A DNA stretch of 63,515 nt, filler included, from Reticulomyxa filosa (GCA_000512085.1; 24 parts of 24 records of this genome joined end to end with filler, not necessarily neighbours in it); one strand, 5' to 3'. Numbered from the whole stretch's first letter, positions 13,249 to 26,209 are shown. The notes: generated from the sequence alone by a model not told the origin. Made by a program: numbers and translations.

Positions 13249-14066
13249 ATGGCAGTCCCAAATTTTTTTGCAGGGGTTGCGTTGTTAGTCTTGCTTGTGA
13301 TTTTGTCACCAATAGTGTGCTACCTAATGTACTGTTACTCGGTACATAAAAACCAAGCATATTTCAAGAAGCGTTATTATAAGCTTGTGGAATGGCAGTT
13401 GATGTTATCACTATTTACGATATACTCCTGTGCGTACTTCTTGGGATTATTTGTGTACCAATCGAATGGAAAATACGATCCAAAATCCGTGGTATCAATT
13501 GGATGGTTATTCATCGACGTGCTGAATATTGCGTCGTGGTTTGCAGTATGGAAGCTATTTGTAGTCCGAACTTATGCGTTGTGGCTTTCCACGGAGCAAA
13601 ACAAAGAAATGGTCGAACGAGCATGGCGTATGTACATGAGCGCAGAAGAACGTATACATTTAGTACGGTCAAATAAACCAGGCAGCAATGAGACCTTGCA
13701 AAACCAGATCACCCTTTCGAACAACAACAAAGATCAAGAAAGTACCCAACGCAATGTATCGATAACTGAAAAGGATTCACAAAATACAAAAATTTCAGAG
13801 ACATGTGCAACAGTAGCAATAGCATCCGAAAAAAAAAACACGATAAAAGTGCGGAGGGATATCCAGCAGTCGCTTTATTGGGCTATACGTTGTGCCGCTG
13901 TCGCTTTTTTGGTGGAATTGGGACTGTTTGCATTTCTTTACAACGCCTATTTTGTGCAACAATGGAGGGCGTGGTTCTGGTTTTTGTTTGTTAATTGTTG
14001 TGTCAATTGGTTCATTTTCCGCCTTTGGAAAAGATTCCCAAAGTTCCATGATCAATATCATATCAG
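13249..14066 (+). CDS. Seven-transmembrane-type receptor-like protein, N-terminal part (5 TM seen), likely 7TM-RGS family
   Basis: Five hydrophobic segments. YFKKR after TM1, VVRTY in TM3 and KFHDQYHIR before the expected TM6 resemble 7TM-RGS proteins such as AtRGS1. Truncated at contig end; no RGS domain on this contig. Confidence 0.65.
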
Positions 14067-14245
14067 GAATTTTTTTTTTTTTTTTTTTAATTTGTTATTT
14101 TATTATTTATTATTTTACTTTGCGATTACTTGATATNNNNNNNNNNNNNNNNNNNNNNNNNNNNNNNNNNNNNNNNNNNNTTAATTAATTAANNNNNNNN
14201 NNNNNNNNNNNNNNNNNNNNNNNNNNNNNNNNNNNNAAAAAAGGG

Positions 14246-14280
<35 letters not shown>

Positions 14281-14339
14281 AGGGGAAGAAAAGGATTTAT
14301 TTGACCTTATTTTGTAAATGCTGATCTTTAAAAAAGTGT

Positions 14340-17174
14340 GTATGGATGTGTACGATAGGGGAAGGGGAAGAAGGAATAGAAGAAGAAAAGTTACAAAAAG
14401 ATCGTCTATGGAAAGCAATACTGCTTTTCTATTGGTGTGTGGCGGTGCTGTGGTCGTTGGGCATCACTTATTTGTACACGTTCGGTGGTCGACAAGTCAA
14501 TATCATCTCCGACTCCGCGGGCTTTGTTGTGCCAATTGTTCCCATGACCTACTTAGTCGGTCATTTGTTTCAATATTATCCGTTGGCTTTTGTCCAATTC
14601 AATTTCAGTTACAGTAATTTGTCAGAGCTCAGTTTTCATTTTTTTTTTTTTTTTTTTTTTTTATAAAAAAAAATTCCCCCTTCCCTTCCCTTTGGTTCTA
14701 TTAAAGGTCCCCACTTCAAACAAAACAACATAGTTGCTTGGCTAATTCCGACAATCTTGCTCGGCTACACGTGCTTTGATGCGATATTGAAGTACTCGAT
14801 ACTGTGCATAAGTGGACTCGTCCTCTTTTTGTTTGTGGCCGTGCTGGTAAAGACTGCTCTGACAAAGTACCATCGCCAAAAACACAAAAGACAAAAACAG
14901 AGACTGTATCCGTCACAAGTTGAAATACACGCAAATGCAAACGCAACGGCAAAGGCAAGTGTACATGCGAAAATGGATGCCAATGAAAAACGTGATGAGA
15001 GTGTGGAGTTGAAAGTCGAACCGGAACAGCAACAGCTTCAACAACTACATGCAGGACATCCACAAGAAGAAAAAGACTTGATACAATATTTGGAAATGTT
15101 TGGATTGGCTGACAAAGAAGATATCAATTGGAAACGCCAACACGAAATCAAGTTGTGTCGGGATAAAATAGTCATACCTATCAACAGGTGGTGGATATTG
15201 CAAAGTATTCTCAGCAGTGCTTCTTTTTGGGGAATTTGGGCCGTCACGTTTTCACTCACACATCAAAGCAATCAAAACACATTGTGGGAACTCATCCCTG
15301 TCTCCGTCTTTGTCGTCGTCGCTTGTTGGTGGAATCCTGCCTATTACAGCAGCACTCGCTTGAATCTGCAAAACCAAGAAAAAAACTTTTCAACGCTTAT
15401 TACGGTCTTGGTATTTTACTTGGGGCTTTGCAATTGTGTATTATTGCCAGTTTTTTTGTCCTCAATTATGGGCACGATACTCCAAGTTAACTTTGTTTTT
15501 TGTTGTTTTTTTTCGTTTTACACTTAACCTTTTTTTTTTTTGTGTGTTTTTTGATTGGTTGTGACTGATCATACTTCAATGTGGAAAAAAAAAAACATGC
15601 ATTATCTTACTTTTTTTTTTTTTGTTGCTGTAAAATGCAAACAGGAAGCACCCAAAAGACCCCCAACCAAATTGAGTAGGTTTTATTTAAGTTTTTTCAC
15701 TCGTGCACAAGAGTATTACATATTTTATGTCCCAATCATTGCAAGCATATTGTATTACTTTCCGGCAACCGGATATTTATTTTATCGATCGCCTATCGTC
15801 TTTGGGCTGACCCAGTTTTTGGGAGCACTGGCATCCTTGTTAATTCCAATTGGCGTGATTGGAAAAAAGAAGGGGATTGCCGGAACTCTGTTTTTGGGTA
15901 AGTCTCATATTGACCCGAGACTGGCGCTATTGATTGTGTGCGCAACAGTATTGGCTGTGTATTTATCCATTTCCGGGTTCAGCTGCACTTATTTCAAATA
16001 CAAAAAAGTTATTGTTCGATCGCAGGCACAATATACTGGGAAAAAAAAAGGCAAGATGTTCAAGAATACAATATGACTTTGGTTATGCTCGGTTTAGTTA
16101 TTTGTTTGGTGATACATAAACAAATAGAATATTTTTTTTTTTTTTTTGAAATTAAAGAAAAAAATTTGACAAATGATAATAACGCATGCTCAACCAATCC
16201 AAAAAAAAAAAAAACATCGACATCACATAGGCACATTTTTCTTTTCATTTTGTGATATGTTCAGTGATGCGTTGTATGCATTTGGTCCGCAACAACAATG
16301 GGCGGGCCAACTTGGTATTGTCGTACAAACATTGCTGATATTTGAAATAATCATTCAGCTATTGAGCATGTGGTCCGCAATTCATACGGTTCGAGGACAA
16401 TTGTATAAAAGCAAGACTGTTGTGAGCAACAAATTTGACACTTTGAAGAGTAAATATGGTTGTTGCTGTGGTAGCCTCATTTTCTTAGTCTTTTGGTTCT
16501 CTTATATCATATTCATGATCATTGTCTCAACCCTCTTGGGCTCCACCAAAATCATTTCTATTCGACAAGTTGCTTTTTTTTTTTTTTTTTTTCATTATTT
16601 GTTTTAAAGTGTTCTATCGATCTTTTTATTAATAAAGTAAAAAAAAAAATGAAAATTGGTGGTCGTCCCCCTTTTCAACAATTTATAATAAAATAAAATA
16701 AAAAAAAAAGGTCGAAGAATGGTGGTTAGGTTTGGTGATCCATGATTATCACCAAACAGTAAGTAGGGCCAAAGATGAAAGGAAAAAAGCATTGGAGGAA
16801 CAAGGACGATTGCAAGACCAGCTCAAATATCGAGCGGAACAGGAGAAGAAAGACCAATTGGATTTGATGGTCCTCGCGTTAAGTGTGAATGTCGGGGGCG
16901 GATTTGAGGAGTGGAACAAAGAGGAAATTCAAGCACAGCTGAAAGAAATGCTTCAAAACGATGGTCAAGTTGCCGATATATTACACAAAAATAGCAAAGA
17001 GGTCATGCAAAAGGATGATGATGAAGAGGAGTTACAATATTATGAAGGGTACCGATATGACCCAAACAATCCAGGCTGTGTTATGGCTTTACATTTGTGG
17101 ATCAACAAACACACTCCAATGTCGATTCATCGGCTTTCAGTCAATAGCGATATGTATAATACTTTTTTTGTCAC
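14340..17174 (+). CDS. Large polytopic membrane protein, partial, at least 5 exons; C-terminal part weakly XK-related-like
   Basis: Exons about 14340-14613, 14734-15486, 15646-16091, 16231-16568 and 16711-17174, joined by GT-AG introns. More than 10 hydrophobic segments. One frameshift in the A9 run at 16041-16049. Family call rests only on CDMFSDALY and topology. Confidence 0.7.
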
Positions 17175-17315
17175 GTAAGTTATTTTATTTGTTTGTTATT
17201 AAAACAAAAAAAAAANNNNNNNNNNNNNNNNNNNNNNNNNNNNNNNNNNNNNNNNNNNNTTAATTAATTAANNNNNNNNNNNNNNNNNNNNNNNNNNNNN
17301 NNNNNNNNNNNNNNN

Positions 17316-18478
17316 ATTATTATTATTATTATTGTCATTTTCATCCGATTCGTCTATTTCTTCCATAAACATTGGCGTTTCTCGACTTTCTCTCGTCATA
17401 GCTGTTTGTGGCGTTCGCTCATCTTCGGTAGACCCCTTTTGATCTTGCGTCGTCTTGATGGCTGTCTTTGCATCGGACTGAACAGGAGGCGCATTGTCGT
17501 AATCGTATCTGCGAACCAGATCGGGCTGAGATTGTCGATTGTTTTTTTGGGGTAATCGTCGCTCTCGGGACTGTGTTCCACGGAATATCGGACGCCCTTG
17601 TCTTGTGGATTGACGGCCGCCAGTTGTTTCTGCTTCAGCAATTGGCTTGGACGTCGCGACTGTCGAGCGGACTGCGATATCCATTTCTTGCGATTGCGCA
17701 CATTGGGTTGTTTCATTTTCAACTTGCGATTCACTTCGCGCTCGATTTCATTGCCGCGTCTGTGTTTGTTGGGATTTTCTAGCAGCGTCACTATCCGATC
17801 TTCCAACGCTTCTAATTTTTTTGGCTGTCAAATACCTGTTCACGTTTATTATTAGCATTTTTTTGTTTATTACAAACATACACATATATAAACATATATA
17901 TGCATATATATATATATATATATATATGTACATATATATATACTTATATACATATACATATATATGTATATGTATATATGTATATGCATATATAAAATGC
18001 ACAAAACTTTAAGTTTGTCAAACTGATAAAGAAAAGAAAGGGATGGATTAGAATTCGGAAGAAGTGAGACGGAAGGATTGACATTGTTTTCGTTGGAGTG
18101 ATTTGGAACAGCAGCATTAGTATTAGTATTAGTATTGGTATTGATATTGGTGTTGGCATTGTCATTATGTGGAAAAGAATTACTTTGACTTTGAAGAGAC
18201 TCGCGAATATTTTGAATTTCCAAACGTTGGAATTGGTGGATCCATTTTTTGCTGTCATCCGCTTTGGTCGGACTGCAGTGTTTGGACGAGGCATTCAGTA
18301 GTGATTCATTCTCGTCCAACGCTTTCGATCGTTGCCACAGCTTCATTTTCGTCTGCTTCATTTCGAAAATGCGATTCTTTCGAATCAATTCCCGCGACAT
18401 CTCTTTCAATTCCCGTTTTTCTTTTTCGATCCATTGTTTTTCTTGGTAGATCTTCTCCCACTCTTTTGACAGTTGTTC
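17316..18478 (-). CDS. Hypothetical coiled-coil/low-complexity protein, internal fragment
   Basis: Two coding-like exons separated by a (TA)-rich intron at about 17836-18007. Frameshifts fall in A runs. No domain recognised. Confidence 0.5.
17878..17995. repeat. (TA)n/(TACA)-type microsatellite inside an intron
   Basis: Directly visible alternating TA tract. Confidence 0.9.
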
Positions 18479-18712
18479 CTTTCAATTTTTTTTTTTTATT
18501 AATGTGTTCAAAAGTCTACCCCTCCAACACACACACACACACACACAACAAAAAAAAGTGAAGTNNNNNNNNNNNNNNNNNNNNNNNNNNNNNNNNNNNN
18601 NNNNNNNNTTAATTAATTAANNNNNNNNNNNNNNNNNNNNNNNNNNNNNNNNNNNNNNNNNNNNTTTTTTTTTTTTGCACTTTTTTTTTGCTTGTATCTT
18701 GGTGTCGATAAA

Positions 18713-19568
18713 GGAATGGAACAGAATTATGAAGGGAAATTGTTGTCTGCAGAGCAATGGGAGTGGTTTGAAAATGTATTAAATACGTATACTAGCAAAG
18801 TGGATCTGATGCTGATTGTGTCATCCATTCAAGTGTTGACCTCCAATCCATATTTTGAAAGTTATGTTCCTTTCCTTTCATATACTTCTCCTCTATTTTT
18901 TTTTTTAAATAAACAATATAGCATTGTTTTAAATATATAAAAAGTTAGGCTGGGGACAGTATCCTTCGGAGAAACACAAATTATTGACGCTCTTGACCAA
19001 ATATTTGGAAAACAATGGAGCCAAATCAAGTCCCATAACGCTGCTGCTTTCGGGTGATGTTCATCACAGCGAAATGATTGGCGGAGACAGAGCAAAATAT
19101 GGACCTTTGGAGGTGACTACGTCAGGATTGACCCATGGAATTAATAGGCAGGGAATTACGAAATATTTTGCACGATCGATTATCCAGCGTTATTTTTCAC
19201 ATCGACTGGATCCACAATCTGTTTCGACAAATCTCGCGTTTGGAATTATCGATGTATTCAATCAGTCTCTTGTGGATGTTTCAGTACATGATGCTTACAG
19301 TGGAGCAAAGTTGTTTCACTCTCACGTGAAAAGACACGCTGCTGCAGAAAACAAAAGCTATGCCACTGCACTGTTGTCCGAGCAATTGAACGATAAAGAC
19401 AAGTTTTATTTGCAATGCCACTTGGCATTATATGGTTTTGAGATAGTGGTCATTCTTGCACCTTTCTTGGCGTTTGCACTTTTTTGTTATTTTTTTGTTC
19501 AACACAAACAAAAAACCAACCCCAACGTCGCCACGAATGGGTTGGTGCAAGTAAAAAAAGAACAATAA
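18713..19568 (+). CDS. phoD: PhoD-like alkaline phosphatase, C-terminal part, with C-terminal transmembrane anchor
   Basis: LLSAEQWEWFE, IVSSIQVL, ESWGQYP (across intron 18861-18948), LLSGDVHHSE and EVTTSGLTH are PhoD-family motifs. Hydrophobic segment FEIVVILAPFLAFALFCYFFV lies before the stop. Confidence 0.9.
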
Positions 19569-20042
19569 ATGCAATTTCAATCGAAAAGTGTTGTTTTTTG
19601 GCTTTGATATTATTTATTTTATCTTTGAAATTTTTAAGCAAAGATTTGGTTAAAGAGCAACTCCCAACCGTGAAACAAAAACTTTAACCAGCAATTTCGG
19701 AGGTATTGAGTGATAAGGGCTTTTTTTTTTTTTTTTTTGTAGTAACTAACTTTGCTAAGATCTTCAAAGGAAATCAATCAAAACACAAACATGCCCTCTC
19801 TTAAATTTTTTCACAGAAAATAATAAAAGTAAATGTCAAAATATTGTGATGAATGGATCACTATTCGTGCGAAATGTGGTGACAATTAGCCATAAGTGCC
19901 CAAAAAAGGTTGCATTTGTTGTTCAATTATGGACGGCATATTATACAAATATTGGGACAGTGTTGCACCGTTTGAAAACGAAGCCGAAATAGTTAACTCT
20001 GTTTCGTGCTCTTTTGCGGGCAATGTTCGAACAGTTCAAAAC

Positions 20043-21067
20043 TATTTGGGCTGTCATGAGCACACACACATACATACACATATGCATATTAAACTATGCA
20101 GTATCCCAATCGGAGAAAGAAGCATAAGTGCAACAAACCTGCGACGGTGCAGAAGCAGACATTTGAGTTTGAATTTCATTGTTTGTGACAAGCACGCAAG
20201 GAGTGTGAGTGACAATCGGGAATATGGGCGTAATATTTTGCCAAATGGAATAGTCCACTTTTGGCCGTTCAAACGATACTTTGCCATCGCTCTTGGAAAG
20301 TGCGACTATTTATTTTGTATGATAAAAATGAAATCATTATTGCCCTTCTTCCTTCCCTTCCTCTTCGTCTTCCCTTGTTTGAAAATTTTTTTTTTTTTTG
20401 AAAAAAGACCAGTTCGAATAGTAGTCAATGCTTCAAAAGGCTCTCCATTGACATGCTGTTGCAACGCTTGGGAATAGGATCCATTAATTTTGGCAATGGT
20501 CGAATGCAATTTTTGGATTGACGAACCCAAGTCTTCCATGGACTTGTCGTACGTTTTTTCCACGTACAGTCGCGCTTGACGTTTCCACTCTTGGAGTTGG
20601 TTGGCCAACTGCTCATAAAATCTTTCAATTTCACGTGTCGAGTTCGACTGGCCTGTCTTTACTTGCTCTTTTTCTGTTGCTATTTGTTGTGACAACTGCC
20701 TCAGTTCTTCGTAATTTGCAAACATTTGTAACGCGTCCGTTTTCAAATATTTTGGTGCTGTTTTTTTTTTTTTTTTTTGAATGGTAGAAAAGACAGAAAA
20801 AGAAAATTATATTTATTAAAAAACAAAACAAAACAAAACAAAAAACAAACAAACTGTCTTGCACTTTTTCCCACACAGTGTTGTGACTTTGTTGGGATAC
20901 ATTGACGGATGTCTCTGGCTCTGACTTTAATGAAGTTAATCGTATTTCGGAGGCTGTTTCCTTTTCTTGCACTTTTTTAACTTGGTCGTTGGCTTGCAAA
21001 TCCTTTTCTTCTTTTATCTCTTTCTTTTCTTGCACTTTTTTAACTTGGTCGTTGGCTTGCAAATCCT
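20043..21067 (-). CDS. Hypothetical coiled-coil protein (B-box C-terminal-like coiled coil), 5' partial, 4 exons
   Basis: Phase-consistent introns 20854-20758, about 20409-20306 and about 20140-20051. Heptad-rich EIERFYEQLANQLQEWKRQ segment. Ends QPK*. Confidence 0.65.
20961..21067 (-). repeat. 63-bp (21-aa) intragenic tandem repeat, 2 copies seen
   Basis: DLQANDQVKKVQEK is encoded twice with identical DNA. The contig breaks inside the array. Confidence 0.9.
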
Positions 21068-21167
21068 NNNNNNNNNNNNNNNNNNNNNNNNNNNNNNNNN
21101 NNNNNNNNNNNTTAATTAATTAANNNNNNNNNNNNNNNNNNNNNNNNNNNNNNNNNNNNNNNNNNNN

Positions 21168-21205
<38 letters not shown>

Positions 21206-21339
21206 ATTATAAACATAAATAAATATATATACATACATATATACATTACATGTTTATTTATTTGTTTCATTCATTTATACATTATTGTTTACCTTTATTA
21301 AATTATGATGATTAATATGAACATGTACAAATATGTCAG

Positions 21340-21869
21340 TCCCAAAGCTTGTGACAACACGATATTGTATTCTCTTCCGCGTGGACTACCCGCGTCCCGT
21401 ATCATGACGCAGTTTCCGACGATTGGCTTGCGCTACCTTGCGCTGTACGAGAAGTACATCGACGACGGGTATTACTCCAACGCGCCTGCGCAGATCAACA
21501 TAAGCTGGGAGCAGCGATCCAAGTGTCGCAACCTCTACGTCGAGGTGTGTCACTTTCTGGGCATTACTTTGGACAGTGACAACCGCGACGACATCATCGA
21601 GCCCTCTGTCAATTACCCGCGTGAGCCGACGTCTTCATTAGGCGAGCCTCGTACCAGCATTCCTCAAAAAAATTTGATTGCCGACAACCGTCCCAAAGTC
21701 ACTCCCACTCCGACTATTGCTTTTCGTGCTGGCGCAAGCAATCATTCTGTCAAGCCAAATTCAAATGCAAATTCGTTCAATAATAACGCTTCACAACATT
21801 TGGCTGTTCATTTGCATCCGACGCTTTCTCCTCACAAATCACACTCTTCCTCTTATCATCATCATCAGC

Positions 21870-21906
<37 letters not shown>

Positions 21907-24033
21907 GGATTATTGTAACTTATCTTTGCACCACCACGCTAGTTCGCACTATGATCCCAAGAAAGTATCCACTGAACTTTCCGGGGTCAGGGAACAGACC
22001 CCTGCGGAAGACCTGACAGATGATGCGCACGTGCAAGTGCATGTACATCCGTCCATGCATGACTCAGTGTTGTTCGTCGCTGAAAAGCCGGAGTCGGAAG
22101 TCCACGCTATGAACAACGATGGAGCCACGCGGAGCGAGAACGTAGCTGCAATCGATGGGATACAACACGCCACGCAAATTCGTGATGCCGACGTCAGCGA
22201 TGGGTCATCGACGACGAACAGTTTGCCTCACAAAACGACGAGCACGGTCGGTGCGATCAAAAACAGAACCAAAAGGTGGTCGAAAAATTTGAAAGTCAGT
22301 CAAACCCCACAGGTACAATGGCCAAGTCAAAGGAGATTCTCAACGGAGCAAGACGCAACTTCGCCTCGACAAACAAATCATCGACACTTGCGCAAACGAG
22401 CTGCGACTATTGACATGCCGTCAGATCAAACCTGGCATTCTCGTCCACATGCTGTCGATACTACCGAAGCATTACCACAGTCAAAGCAAGAAGTTTATAT
22501 ATATATATATATATATATATGTACATATATGTGTGTTCCCCCCCCCCCTCAATAGTGCATGTACATGCATGTGAATAAGTATACGTAACTGGGTGGTGAT
22601 ATACATATATACATTGTAAGATCGAAGATCAATCGACATTGAGGACGACAACGACAACGACAACGGCAACGGCAACGGCAACGACAACAACAACGCAAGA
22701 CACTGTGATTTTGGGTACCAACTCGCTCAATAAGACTGGAGCCATACTGAGCACGCCTGCAACTGCAATTCACAAAGACGACGAGAATCAGGAAGAAGAG
22801 TTTAGCGGTATCTTTGAGATGGTCGCGCAACCCAGCATTAGTCAAAGCAATGCCAGTTTGCAGATAGAGCCATGTATGTGTTTACATATATTGCCTCTTT
22901 TCTTTCTTTCTTTCTATTTTCTTCTTCGAATTTCAATGTTTTAAATGCAAAAGTATGTCGAGTTACATAAAGTGTGCATGTTCTCGTATTACATTATTTT
23001 TCAATCGTGTTTATGTTACTATAATCTGTGTGTATTTGTGTATTTTTTTTTTTTTAAAAAAAAAGCACCGGCTCTGAATTTCGGAGGCACGACCGAGAAT
23101 GAAAAGATGGCAAATAATTTTGGTGAGTTGGGCGACGACCTGCGAAACATAACTGGACACTCGGAAATGCTTGCAAGCGACACGCAGCGAACGGTCAATG
23201 CGATGGCGGAAAAGAGTGCGACCGAAAAAAAGCCGACGCTGCATTCCCGAGGCAGCAATACCATGAAAACTCAGACCACCAACACAGTGCATTCAACGAC
23301 GACAGAATCCAATTATTCCAATGGCAGTGGCACTCCAGGACGAGCGAATGGAGTGACTCCGTCTCCACAAGATGGAGCCAGTATCGATCGACACATGGGT
23401 GCCACCACACTCTTGTATCCCGGATCAACTCCTTATAACAAGAAAGCGACAGATCAAGAGAACGCCGGCACGAATGCCCAAAATACACAGGATAATAGAG
23501 ACAATCACTCGAAGAAGCTCGGCTCGGTTGGTCCAATAGATATAAGTAGTGAAAAACAGGCCAGCTCGAACGAATCCGAACCAATGTCTCCTCAAATTGT
23601 CGACATATCCAAATCCAAAGTTCCAAATGCGGCCTCTATTCGAGTCGACGAGGAAAAATTTCCAGTGGCTGACGATATCGGCACTCTACGTATACAAACT
23701 TCGGAGCACGGCAATGCAGCTGCCAATTATGATTACATGACGAACATTAGCATTCGCCAAACGACGCGTATCAATGACGCATTTGTTACTTCGAATCCGA
23801 AACCTGCTTTGAACACAGCTCACTCTCTTACTGTTTATTTCATGGGAAAAGGCCATGTCGTTAAGCCCTCTCAGAAAGCGATGAGCGAACATCTTTTATC
23901 GAGTGGGCTCAAACACAACGTCGAAAATCTACCTCCGCAGTTGGCTCACCAGATTATCGCTGCTATTGATGATAGTCTGTCTGAAGTTTACATGAATCTC
24001 AGGGATCCTTATTCCAGGTTCCAAAAAACGCAG
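21340..24033 (+). CDS. RGS-domain protein, internal fragment; RGS domain interrupted by a very long low-complexity insert
   Basis: LYEKYID...APAQINISWEQR (RGS helices 5-6) near 21440-21520 and AIDDSLSEVYMNLRDPYSRFQKT (helices 7-8) near 23960-24030. Introns 22493-22620 and 22874-23065 are phase-consistent. Confidence 0.8.
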
Positions 24034-24176
24034 GTATGGTTTTTTTTTTTTTTTTTTTTGCTTGCAATTTTTTTTTNNNNNNNNNNNNNNNNNNNNNNNN
24101 NNNNNNNNNNNNNNNNNNNNTTAATTAATTAANNNNNNNNNNNNNNNNNNNNNNNNNNNNNNNNNNNNNNNNNNNN

Positions 24177-24645
24177 ACGTTGTGCACATGATTAGTGCTG
24201 GATATCGGTGAAAAGTGGAAGAGTGAGGACTTAATAAAATGTGGAAATAGCAAGCGTGAATATTTTGAATGCAAAATTGACACATAGTGAATTGCAGAAC
24301 GGAGACAATCAGCGGTATTCCAAATGTTCCTGTCAAGTGACTCTGTCCAAAACCTCAATGTGGAGCAGTTTCGAAATGTGTACTTTTATGTTATATTATT
24401 ATGTATGTATTTGCACATGTGCTGTCACTTTTGCTGTTGATGTTTTTGTATCAATTGCGGAGATTACAGCTGATCGACTTGGAGTAATACCCCCCCCCCC
24501 CCCCCACACACATGTTAAATGCCTGCAGTGCAACTTTAATTTTTGTATGGCTTGTTCTTCGAATGGGAGGCAGGCCATATCAAAAAGACTTATAGAGTTG
24601 CTCCAAACTAAAAAAAAAAAAAAAAGGCAAGAATATCAAACCTGA
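24177..24645 (+). pseudogene. Degenerate Cys-rich (IBR/RBR-like) fragment
   Basis: HVKCLQCNFNFCMAC resembles the C-x2-C-x3-FC-x2-C end of an IBR/RING2 domain. Surrounding frames are broken. Confidence 0.3.
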
Positions 24646-25073
24646 GGTTGAATTCTGTCTCTTTGAATTGCTCGAACTCATTTTTTTGTTGTTGTTAGAT
24701 ACTTACAGTGCAATAGAATAACAACACAGTAAAACTTTCCTTTGAAAGCTCAGTTTTAAAAAAACTTTTTGTGAGGCAAAGGAGAAAAAAAAATATTGAT
24801 GCTTTTTTGAACAATTTATTTTTTATCTTTTTTGCATCACAATTAATGATTAACAAGCGATATCTATTTAAAAAAATCTTTTAAACTGTCTCTTACAAAT
24901 AAAACTTTTGTACTGTTTTATTGAATGATAAATTCAATTCATTCCATACTCTCTTCAAAAATATCTATGAGAAGGAAGAAGGGATAGCGCAAAATTGTGA
25001 TACTTGTGAAAGGATAAGTACAAAAAAAAATTAGTTCATTCAGTTTATTGTTGTGATTTTTTTCAAACGTGTC

Positions 25074-26209
25074 ATGGAGAAGTGGAGTGTAGATCAAACG
25101 GCCGGTACTTTCTTTTTGAAAATACATTCATTAACTTTTTCTCATTATCTCAAACCTAAAAAAAAAAAAGATTGGGCAAAGTCTTGGGTGGCAGAGATAC
25201 ATAAAGATATCGTAGTAGCCGCATTTAAGAACAATCAACTCGATGGTAAAAAGTTTACGAGTTTTGTACTGTGCGTGGATGATCTTTCGAGCCTTGGTAT
25301 TCCCAAAATCGCTGCTGCTCAGATCTTCAATGCTTATTATACGATCCGTAGCAAACAAATAATGTCATCACCAAATAAAAATTATTATTATGCAAAAAAA
25401 GTGATGATCCATTTGCATGTTATGTGAACGAAGGTAGAATGTCAACGCGAATAACAGTGAAGAAAACAATGACCGTGGGAGATATAAAAGCAATAATTAG
25501 GGACACTCCGGATTTCAAGTGGGAGGACTACACTTTGCTAGTGGTGGAAGGCCTTTGATTGAAAATGATGTATGTATACGTTTGTCTTAAGCACGACTCC
25601 ATTTTTTTTAATGTGTGTTTGTCCCTGTGTTTATCATAGAAAACTTTGGAACAATATAACATTACTGAACCAAAAACTTTCACAATATCCATACACTGTC
25701 GTGGTGGAGGGCCAGGTATTGCACGTTGAAAGGTTTTTTTGTTTATAACTTTGCGACGGCATAACTTTTTTGCGGACGATGTGTTGGTGCACAACAAAGG
25801 GTTAATGGGACCGGATATTCGAAGCCGCCAAATAGTAAAGACAACTGATAAATCCCCTTTTAAGTATTACAAAGTGTTTCCAGGATTGAATTATGAAGGA
25901 ACTTGTAAGAATAGAAGCTGCGATGCGTACGGTCAGAAGGTGATCACCGAAAGAGGATTTGGTGATAAGATCTACCCATTGTATGAGGAAATTGAAGAAA
26001 AAATCAATTGTCCAGGGTGCAAGCAGTCGTATGAAGTCGATTGCTACAACTTGTTCGAGTGTCGAGCAACTATTACATACACTCTTGAAAAGTCAAAAAC
26101 AAAGCGAACAGATCAACTAGAAGCCACTGAAGATAATATTGTTGTGTTAGGAGAGGGGAAAAAGAAAATTGAATATGGTTTTTTGGCACTTACAGTTACC
26201 GAATTGTAG
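25074..26209 (+). CDS. SAM domain + ubiquitin-like domain (ends CRGG) + Cys-rich C-terminal domain; 4 exons, 2 apparent frameshifts
   Basis: Introns 25105-25170, 25570-25639 and 25716-25799. SAM: WSVDQTADW...FKNNQLDGK...DLSSLGI. Ubl: MTVGDIKAII...FASGGRPLIEND-KTLEQYNI...HCRGG. Then PGLNYEGTCKNRSCDAY...CPGC. Frameshifts at 25394-25400 and about 25503. Confidence 0.75.

Noticed and set aside
13249-24033. Joining the 7TM fragment and the RGS fragment into one gene
   Set aside because: They lie on different contigs in arbitrary order, with no overlap.
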